Below are positions 19,372 through 25,377 of a stretch of DNA of 27,443 nt, one piece after another. Location of the stretch: IMG/VR virus record IMGVR_UViG_3300017747_002194, positions 64,001 to 91,443 of that record; one strand, 5' to 3'. The stretch is from a virus (taxonomy: Duplodnaviria; Heunggongvirae; Uroviricota; Caudoviricetes). A model generated the notes under the pieces. It had not been told where the DNA came from, searched no databases, and was given only the letters and a program-made list of their open reading frames with translations. The first letter of the stretch is position 1, and every line of letters starts with the position of its first letter. The position numbers and the translations under genes are program-made.

Positions 19372-19893
19372 TTATTTATCTTCAAACATTCCAAGTTGAG
19401 CATCTCCTCTAACTTTGTTTCCAGATGATTGTTCTTTATTACAATTATCTAAAGCTGACTGTACAGCTTCTTGCATTTTAGGCATATCTATAATAGCTTT
19501 TTGAATTTTGGTAATACTATCCTCATTATATTCTACATTCTTAAAGAACTCTTCCATCTTATTTATAGATTCTTGAACAGCTCTGAATAACTTCATTGCC
19601 GGTGTAGTATTAATCTTTTCAAATACCTGGATAGCATCCTGTAATTCTTTAGTTACTTTAAACTTATCATCTCTAATAATATGATCAACAATTAGTTTAT
19701 GTCTATCTGCATTGTTATGTTGAAAAAATGGTGACTTGAATGCTGCAAAATACCATACATATGAAATCATATTATAAGCAGTAGTCTTCTCTTTAGTTTT
19801 ATCTTTTTCCCAAATAGATTTAAATGGTTCAATAGCTAAACATTCTGGAGCTATAATAATCTTACTATCTTTTAAATCAATTATTTTAATCAT
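19372..19893 (-). CDS. Probable terminase small subunit (conserved gene upstream of terL)
   Basis: 173 aa, helical; directly upstream of terL; C-terminal K.RG....G.FED tail typical of this gene in Bacteroidota phages. The TerS role is positional inference. Confidence 0.55.
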   Translation of the reverse strand: MIKIIDLKDSKIIIAPECLAIEPFKSIWEKDKTKEKTTAYNMISYVWYFAAFKSPFFQHNNADRHKLIVDHIIRDDKFKVTKELQDAIQVFEKINTTPAMKLFRAVQESINKMEEFFKNVEYNEDSITKIQKAIIDMPKMQEAVQSALDNCNKEQSSGNKVRGDAQLGMFEDK

Positions 19894-19908
19894 ACCTTAA
19901 TTAGTTTG

Positions 19909-19992
19909 CGGAAAGCTGAAGCCCTGATCTCCAATCCTTTTACAGATCCAATCCCTTAGCAGGGGATGCTAACGCTAGTTAGTTAACTTTCC
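19909..19992 (-). tRNA. trnS: tRNA-Ser(GCU), non-canonical D and T loops
   Basis: Acceptor GGAAAGT/GCTTTCC with G discriminator; anticodon arm ATCCC-CT GCT AA-GGGAT; long variable arm; T-stem TGGAG/CTTCA with loop ATCAGGG; no encoded CCA. Confidence 0.75.
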
Positions 19993-19995
19993 AAG

Positions 19996-20075
19996 TTGGA
20001 GTGGTAGGATTTGAACCTACGTAGCCTAAGCGACAGATTTACAGTCTGCTGATTTCCCAACTTACCATCACTCCA
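19996..20075 (-). tRNA. trnY: tRNA-Tyr(GUA)
   Basis: Acceptor TGGAGTG/CACTCCA; anticodon arm GCAGA-CT GTA AA-TCTGT; variable arm; GTAGG-TTCAAAT-CCTAC T arm; no encoded CCA. Confidence 0.9.
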
Positions 20076-20083
20076 ATATTTTG

Positions 20084-20166
20084 CGGAAGACTAGGGACTC
20101 GAACCCCAAAACCTTTTACAGCCAACAGTTTTCAAGACTGCTTCCTCATCCAGCCGGATGCCTTCC
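20084..20166 (-). tRNA. trnS: tRNA-Ser(UGA)
   Basis: Acceptor GGAAGGC/GTCTTCC with G discriminator; anticodon arm GCAGT-CT TGA AA-ACTGT; long variable arm; TGGGG-TTCGAGT-CCCTA T arm; no encoded CCA. Confidence 0.88.
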
Positions 20167-20168
20167 AA

Positions 20169-20573
20169 TTATTTTACTTTATAATGTTTTTCCCATATTT
20201 TTATCCACCCTTTTTCAAAGAATGGATATAATTCTCCCATAATGTGTCCTATTACATAAGCATAAGGTTCATTATCTTTTCCTTTCTGCATATAAACTCC
20301 TCTATGCTCCAATATTTTTTGAGTAAGATGTAACATTTCATGTGTTATAGTATTCCAATAATCTTTTTGATCAGTGTTATTAGAATTAATAAACATATAA
20401 AATACATTTCTTTTTAATTTTTCAGAATATTGTAAATTACATAGTCCTGCACAAACATGGCTTTCCTCAACAAGATCATATTTCTTCTTAAGCATTTTAA
20501 TTTGAGAATTAATAGTACCTATGCTTACAGAAACTAAAGCATCATATGGTTGTATAATTATTTGTTTATGCAT
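20169..20573 (-). CDS. Zincin-like metallopeptidase (HExxH)
   Basis: TITHEMLH motif with a downstream third-ligand motif NEPYAY; 134 aa; upstream of the packaging genes. Confidence 0.75.
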   Translation of the reverse strand: MHKQIIIQPYDALVSVSIGTINSQIKMLKKKYDLVEESHVCAGLCNLQYSEKLKRNVFYMFINSNNTDQKDYWNTITHEMLHLTQKILEHRGVYMQKGKDNEPYAYVIGHIMGELYPFFEKGWIKIWEKHYKVK

Positions 20574-20839
20574 TATTTCCCAAATCCTATAATTGTTATA
20601 GGTGTGTAATAAGTTTCTTTTAATGTCTGATAAGGAGTATTAATTTTATAATATTCATTATCATATTTACCAGTAGTAAATTTATGCTTAACAGTTCCTT
20701 TAGAATTTATATGTTGTTCTATCTGTAAACTTTCAATTACAAATAACTTCTTTTGAAATACTCTAATAGGAATACGACCAGTTATACTAGTTGATTCTTG
20801 GAGAGGAAGTTGAGATATATATTCTAATTCTACTATCAT
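20573..20839 (-). CDS. Hypothetical protein
   Basis: 88-aa ORF, TAATG-coupled to the downstream gene. Confidence 0.65.
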   Translation of the reverse strand: MIVELEYISQLPLQESTSITGRIPIRVFQKKLFVIESLQIEQHINSKGTVKHKFTTGKYDNEYYKINTPYQTLKETYYTPITIIGFGK

Positions 20840-20840
20840 A

Positions 20841-21047
20841 TTATTTATTCCAGAGCCCCATAGGACATTTAGAGTATTCAGATCTAGTCTTAGCGATTAA
20901 AGGGCAACCACATTGTGAGCAAGTATTATTTACATTGTAAAAACAACTTGAACAAATAACTGCTCTGTCCATAGCCATCTTTTCTACTTCTGGTTTCTCC
21001 CAAACTACATTGGTCCAACCATTTAATATTTCTTTAAGCTTGCTCAT
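20841..21047 (-). CDS. Small Cys-rich putative metal-binding protein
   Basis: R...CxxC...CxxCGC....K.R.....CP...W pattern in 68 aa. Confidence 0.75.
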   Translation of the reverse strand: MSKLKEILNGWTNVVWEKPEVEKMAMDRAVICSSCFYNVNNTCSQCGCPLIAKTRSEYSKCPMGLWNK

Positions 21048-21273
21048 CTTCTTTTAATTTTAAACGTTCAACATAATCTCTATTGTGGATAGTAGGTCTA
21101 AATTTACCTAGGTAAATTAATTGAACTACTTTACCTTCTCTATTAGACATAGTATCTCTAATTACTCTAAATTGTGAGTCACAGATTCTTTCCAGTTCAA
21201 CTTTAGACAAACCAAACTCACTCTTAATCTCATCCAATATTTCTTCATAGATATTACTTTTAGTTGAATTCAT
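21034..21273 (-). CDS. HU/IHF-like DNA-binding protein
   Basis: Helix-turn-helix body (EEILDEIKSEFGLSKVELERICDSQF) followed by V.L..LGKF.P, the HU/IHF signature. The start is placed at ATG 21273 (MNSTK) rather than 21315 to minimise overlap. Confidence 0.7.
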   Translation of the reverse strand: MNSTKSNIYEEILDEIKSEFGLSKVELERICDSQFRVIRDTMSNREGKVVQLIYLGKFRPTIHNRDYVERLKLKEDEQA

Positions 21274-21484
21274 TAGTATTGCTAGCTTTAACATTTCTAA
21301 AGTCACCTCTAACAATAATTAGAGGTTTAGATAGTGTATTATTTTTATAAAAACAAAAATCTTCTGCATCTTTTTTATTATAAAAATAACCTATAACTGG
21401 ACCACCAGAAATAGTTGAAGTAGTTATTTCTAAACTAACTGTATAATGACCACTTGTATTTTGATAACACTTATATTCTTCCAT
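21260..21484 (-). CDS. Hypothetical protein
   Basis: 74-aa ORF, TAATG-coupled to the upstream wHTH gene. Confidence 0.55.
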   Translation of the reverse strand: MEEYKCYQNTSGHYTVSLEITTSTISGGPVIGYFYNKKDAEDFCFYKNNTLSKPLIIVRGDFRNVKASNTNEFN

Positions 21485-21804
21485 TACGCAAAAGTTAGAT
21501 TAATTGAATCATGTTTTAACACATGTAAGATATTAGGATGTACTTTCAAAGTATGTTTATCTACTTCAATAAGAATCTTCTTCTCTTTTAACTTTTTAAT
21601 GTAATTATTAAAGTTAAACTTTTCCATATCTAAAGACATACGTATATCAGTTCTAGTATCTTTATCTAAAATAGAGATATGCTTATTAGCAATGATCACT
21701 AAGATCTCAATCTCTTTCTCAGTCAGATGTCCCATAATAGGATTTAACATCTGGATAAGATATTTAGTTTTTTGAGCTATAGGGAGTTTAAGTTTGAATT
21801 CCAT
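21484..21804 (-). CDS. Putative winged helix-turn-helix DNA-binding protein
   Basis: LTEKEIEILVII...IRMSLDMEKFNFNNYIKKLKEKKILIEV...LKVHP pattern (wHTH plus wing); probably leaderless. Confidence 0.65.
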   Translation of the reverse strand: MEFKLKLPIAQKTKYLIQMLNPIMGHLTEKEIEILVIIANKHISILDKDTRTDIRMSLDMEKFNFNNYIKKLKEKKILIEVDKHTLKVHPNILHVLKHDSINLTFA

Positions 21805-21808
21805 ACTA

Positions 21809-21840
21809 CAAATATAACTGATTTAGTTATTATAACCAAA
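21809..21840 (-). promoter_or_regulatory. Bacteroidota sigmaA-type promoter, 4 nt before the ATG at 21804
   Basis: TTTG (21840-21837), 20-nt spacer, TATATTTG (21816-21809), then TAGT-ATG. Confidence 0.85.
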
Positions 21841-21863
21841 TTTATTATATAACTAAGTTGATT

Positions 21864-22172
21864 ATAGATATAGTAATCCCCTTCTAGATTTTATTCTAGT
21901 GAGAGGATTAATTATAAACTTATATCTATCTGTCTTTAACCGTTCCTAATAACTAGGCCACTGCTTACTTTGATCCTGTCAATTCAGGGGGATACTTCAT
22001 ACCCTATGTAGCAGCTATAGACTTTCATTTATAACCCTTTTTGTACCTATCGGAGAAACCTCATCTGCTATAATCTCTATTATTTCAAGAGTGCGGATTA
22101 CTATCCAACTTCTAACCAGGTTTTAACTTACTGGGTGATACCCTGGTGATTAACTGTTTAAGTTAAAGTACA
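21864..22172 (-). ncRNA. Candidate structured non-coding RNA of ~310 nt
   Basis: No ORF over 60 aa in an otherwise fully packed arm; own consensus promoter; interleaved 9-bp and 6-bp helices at the 5' end, several GC hairpins and a long 3' hairpin (21864-21929). Confidence 0.55.
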
Positions 22173-22174
22173 TA

Positions 22175-22206
22175 CAAATATAGTCATTTCTAAGCACATA
22201 TCCAAA
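22175..22206 (-). promoter_or_regulatory. Bacteroidota sigmaA-type promoter preceding the ORF-free unit
   Basis: TTTG (22206-22203), 20-nt spacer, TATATTTG (22182-22175). Confidence 0.85.
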
Positions 22207-22216
22207 TTTATTTTAT

Positions 22217-22429
22217 CTATTCTTCAGTTATAGGGCTAGTTCCGGTTAATAAATAAAACTTATTAATCTTTTCAGCCATGATTAATTTCTCATTAATCTG
22301 ATCCATATCTTCATAATCTATCTTATCGTTATAGTGTTTCTTAGTTACACCCATTTTAAGGTAGATAGATCCATCAGGTAAAATACCTTTAATCTGATCA
22401 TCATTGAAATGTTTACTTTTTGTTCTCAT
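22217..22429 (-). CDS. Hypothetical protein
   Basis: 70-aa ORF, TAATG-coupled to the upstream gene. Confidence 0.55.
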   Translation of the reverse strand: MRTKSKHFNDDQIKGILPDGSIYLKMGVTKKHYNDKIDYEDMDQINEKLIMAEKINKFYLLTGTSPITEE

Positions 22430-22656
22430 TATTTTAGTTTATTTTTTATTGATTCAGCTTCTTCTGATAAAGGATGTATTCTTCTAACACAATCCTTGGT
22501 TATATGTGTATAAGATTCTCCATATAGTAATTCATCAAATATAGAACTTTTAAACCACTCATCTTTTAAAATTAATTTGAAAGTAGTACCTGTTATTCCA
22601 GGAGTTAAATTTGATTTATTCCAAAACTGTTGTTGTTCATATTCATTGTTACTCAT
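22429..22656 (-). CDS. Hypothetical protein
   Basis: 75-aa ORF overlapping both neighbours in an operon-like arrangement. Confidence 0.6.
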   Translation of the reverse strand: MSNNEYEQQQFWNKSNLTPGITGTTFKLILKDEWFKSSIFDELLYGESYTHITKDCVRRIHPLSEEAESIKNKLK

Positions 22657-22837
22657 TTCTCAAATATTTCATTAAACCTTCTTTTGTTCCACCAATACAT
22701 TTTGATATATCTATGGATATTTTTTCTTCAATACTATCAGGTAATTCTTCCCAATTAATATCTTTAGGTTTTATAACTATGTAAGGAATATTATTCCAAC
22801 TACAGTATTCTTTTATTTCTTGTAAAGTTCTTACCAT
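22649..22837 (-). CDS. Hypothetical protein
   Basis: 62-aa ORF with short overlaps to both neighbours. Confidence 0.55.
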   Translation of the reverse strand: MVRTLQEIKEYCSWNNIPYIVIKPKDINWEELPDSIEEKISIDISKCIGGTKEGLMKYLRNE

Positions 22838-23043
22838 GAAAATTGTTCTTTAGGTCCATTAATAAAATATTCAGTCAAATGCTTATTTCTAGCTTTGATA
22901 TAATCAGATCCATCTCCTTCAACTCTCATAACTGGTTTAATAATCTCAATATATTGTTCTTGAGTAAGGACATATTCCATAAATCCTACTACAATTGTAA
23001 TATGATTTTCATCTGGAGTTCTGTATTGTATTTGTAATTCCAT
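22831..23043 (-). CDS. Hypothetical protein, first gene of the minus-strand arm
   Basis: 70-aa ORF whose ATG is 4 nt after a promoter -7 element. Confidence 0.65.
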   Translation of the reverse strand: MELQIQYRTPDENHITIVVGFMEYVLTQEQYIEIIKPVMRVEGDGSDYIKARNKHLTEYFINGPKEQFSW

Positions 23044-23047
23044 GATC

Positions 23048-23079
23048 TAAAGGTAGGAATTTAGTTTAAATCTACCAAA
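23048..23079 (-). promoter_or_regulatory. Bacteroidota sigmaA-type promoter, 4 nt before the ATG at 23043
   Basis: TTTG (23079-23076), 20-nt spacer, TACCTTTA (23055-23048), then GATC-ATG. Confidence 0.7.
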
Positions 23080-23240
23080 TTTATTTGAAAATTAGGTGAC
23101 ATAGAATATAGCTTAATTGGTAAATTTTTTATAAATTTTTTGAAAAATTTTTGTGTGAGTAGAGATTTGTGGGTGCCCACCAAACCCTCCCCCACTTAAA
23201 TTTAGCAGGAAAACGAATTCCTGTGTTAAAAACTATCACT

Positions 23241-23474
23241 ATGAATTACGCAGATTTTAAAAAAGAATTAGGAGTTACTGAAATTGAATTTAAACAGTAT
23301 ACTGAAGGTAAAAGACTTACAGCTGAAATAGGTAAGTTAAAGATTGTTATGTCTAAAGATTTTGACACTGCAAAGAATTGTAGTATTAAACCTTTAGAGG
23401 TAGACGGTAAGCAAGTAGAGGATACTTTTTTACTGTATAACTTGAAAGACGCTATTAGAACTGTTAAGTTCTAG
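23241..23474 (+). CDS. Hypothetical protein, first gene of the plus-strand arm
   Basis: 77 aa from ATG 23241 (MNYADFKKELG...), preceded by TAAAAACTATCACT, nearly identical to the leader of the 24144 start. Confidence 0.75.
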   Translation: MNYADFKKELGVTEIEFKQYTEGKRLTAEIGKLKIVMSKDFDTAKNCSIKPLEVDGKQVEDTFLLYNLKDAIRTVKF

Positions 23475-23494
23475 TAGTGCCCTTCGGGGTATTA
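23475..23494 (+). terminator. cUUCGg hairpin immediately after the stop codon (terminator or RNA stabiliser)
   Basis: TAGTGCCC-TTCG-GGGTATTA, 8-bp stem with two GU pairs; no strong U-tract. Confidence 0.5.
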
Positions 23495-24084
23495 GTCTTG
23501 GTTCTTAAACAACGGAGGATTATTTAACAATTAATTAGTTGATTAACAAACAATTAAGAGTTATTTAGAACTATTTAGGTGAGTTAAGACGAGTTACACC
23601 TCACCAACCTATCTAATCCTCACTTTCTCAATTACCTCAAATACCTAATTCTCTTATATATTCATAGCTTAATCAAACTCATTATGGGAAAGTTCTTATG
23701 GATTTGTGATATCCTTAAAAGAGATAATTGTTTAACATTTGAACAAGTTAATCTTCAATTAATCACATATGCTAAACAAAATTAACTAATAATCTCCTAA
23801 CGGTGGTCGCCTGAAGATTTAACAATAAACTTGTCAGTCAAGCAAGTTATATCTTGACTATTATTAACAAGATGCAGAAATGTAAAAACGATTGGGTTGC
23901 ATAGTCACCAATATCACTGCTGTAAATTAAAGAGTCTGGTTGCTGGAATAGAGAAAACCTTAAATAACTATTCAATATTCAACAAGTTAAGGATATAAAT
24001 TGCTATTATCCGTCCTACCAAGGATATTGTCAGTAAACACGCCACTATGAAGCATGAGAGTGTGGAGTTTGCGTGAATCACTTT

Positions 24085-24109
24085 AACACTTTATGTAGAA
24101 AGTGTTTTT
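24085..24109 (+). terminator. Terminator-like hairpin
   Basis: AACACTTT-ATGTAG-AAAGTGTT followed by TTT. Confidence 0.55.
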
Positions 24110-24143
24110 AAAACTAATCACTAACCATTTAAAAACTATCATT

Positions 24144-24365
24144 ATGTTAAACACATTTCAACAACAAACTAAATCAGGTAAAGGAGTAATCAATAAAACT
24201 ACTAAATTACCTGAATTCACAAGAGACATTAATCAGCGTATGAAAGCTGTATGTAAAGAATTAGGTATTCCAACTAAATTTGTTAAAGGTAAATTAATAC
24301 CTGAATATACACATGATCAACGTTGGGCTATGATTCAAAACACAATGCCTCAATTAAATTATTAA
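24144..24365 (+). CDS. Hypothetical protein
   Basis: 73 aa from ATG 24144 (MLNTFQQQ...), preceded by TAAAAACTATCATT; the upstream GTG start is less likely. Confidence 0.7.
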   Translation: MLNTFQQQTKSGKGVINKTTKLPEFTRDINQRMKAVCKELGIPTKFVKGKLIPEYTHDQRWAMIQNTMPQLNY

Positions 24366-24391
24366 TAAATTATTAACTAAAAACTATTACA

Positions 24392-24634
24392 ATGAACAAT
24401 TTAATCTTACTTATTGGAGCTATATCATTACTATTTTATATAGGTAATGTAATAGCTGACTTCACATATGAAAGACCATTATCCGCACATGTTGGTTATG
24501 GAATTATATGTATCCTTACCTGTTATCAAATTAATATGATATTATTAATTGTAATATCATTTCTCTTCTTTATTTATTCATTATTAACTCTAGTTATATA
24601 TCTAGAATCTAAACAATCTAAACGACATGCCTAA
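24392..24634 (+). CDS. Small integral membrane protein
   Basis: 80 aa with 2-3 long hydrophobic segments and a basic C-terminus. Confidence 0.65.
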   Translation: MNNLILLIGAISLLFYIGNVIADFTYERPLSAHVGYGIICILTCYQINMILLIVISFLFFIYSLLTLVIYLESKQSKRHA

Positions 24635-24725
24635 ATTAACAACAGAAGAAAAACATTTTTATAGATTTCATCAAATATGTTTAGCAGAATTTGCTTACTT
24701 ATACGCATCAATTCTATATAGTTAA
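24627..24725 (+). CDS. Small ORF (32 aa), not in the ORF track
   Basis: MPKLTTEEKHFYRFHQICLAEFAYLYASILYS; its ATG overlaps the end of the preceding gene by 8 nt. Confidence 0.45.
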   Translation: MPKLTTEEKHFYRFHQICLAEFAYLYASILYS

Positions 24726-24919
24726 CAATATTCAATAATTAACAAGCTCTCATATAATATTATTTTAGACTTTAAAGTCATAGCTTAATTTGCTCAATGT
24801 GTTCTATACACTTTAATATTATATCATCTTGTTAGTTGTTAATAGTCTATGATAAAAGACTTTAAATTTATCATAATTCACAATAAATCAATTAAAATCA
24901 CAATTAAAAACAAGAAATC

Positions 24920-25273
24920 ATGAAAGCAATCGTAAATCCAACAACAGGTCAAGAAGAAGTAATTTTTGAAGCTAAATTATTATCTATTGCAGCTAAACCA
25001 TTAGCTAATGTAAACGGTACTGAATACCGTCCAGCATCTATTGAATTCAAAGATGCAAGTGGAAAAGTACAACAAACTAGTTGTATTGTGTATGAAAACA
25101 ACTACAACAAAGGTATGACTGTAGGTCAATCATACTCAGCTCGTGCAGTAGTAACTGATAATGGCAGTGTATTAATCACTGTATCTCACTTAACTGCAGC
25201 AGCTCGTCCAGATGAGACAATGTTCTCTTTTGGTACTGCAGTAGCAGCAGTAAGTAAACCATTAAACTCTTAA
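24920..25273 (+). CDS. Hypothetical protein (beta-rich, possibly OB-fold-like), highly expressed
   Basis: 117 aa with strong codon bias (GCA/GTA/ACT/GGT); A-rich leader containing CAATAAATCAATTAAAATCA. Confidence 0.8.
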   Translation: MKAIVNPTTGQEEVIFEAKLLSIAAKPLANVNGTEYRPASIEFKDASGKVQQTSCIVYENNYNKGMTVGQSYSARAVVTDNGSVLITVSHLTAAARPDETMFSFGTAVAAVSKPLNS

Positions 25274-25285
25274 GAGTTAATTGGT

Positions 25286-25377
25286 GTGTGGTATAGCTCA
25301 GTTGGTCAGAGCGTGTGAATAGAGAGTCTTTACTCCCGAACTCGCAAGGTATGTAGGTTCAAATCCTACTACCACAC
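25286..25377 (+). tRNA. tRNA-like gene (His-like G-1:C73 acceptor) with a 23-nt anticodon loop; anticodon not assignable
   Basis: Acceptor TGTGGTA/TACCACA; canonical TA-GCTC-AGTTGGTCA-GAGC D arm; stem TGTGA/TCGCA enclosing 23 nt; GTAGG-TTCAAAT-CCTAC T arm; no CCA. Confidence 0.75.

Noticed and set aside
19893-20169. tRNA-associated theta (HDV-like) ribozymes
   Set aside because: Spacers of 2-15 nt leave no room, and no such pseudoknot was recognised after the tRNA-like gene at 25377.
22843-23037. Plus-strand 64-aa ORF
   Set aside because: Antisense to 22831..23043, which has a promoter and coupled neighbours.
23108-23125. TAGCTTAATTGGTAAA resembling a tRNA D arm
   Set aside because: No anticodon arm, T arm or acceptor stem follows; treated instead as a copy of the ATAGCTTAAT motif.
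23169-23240. GTG-started N-terminal extension of the first plus-strand gene (likewise 24102-24143 and 21274-21315)
   Set aside because: Downstream ATGs have matching A-rich leaders or avoid long overlaps; the 23169 extension merely reads through the GC island.
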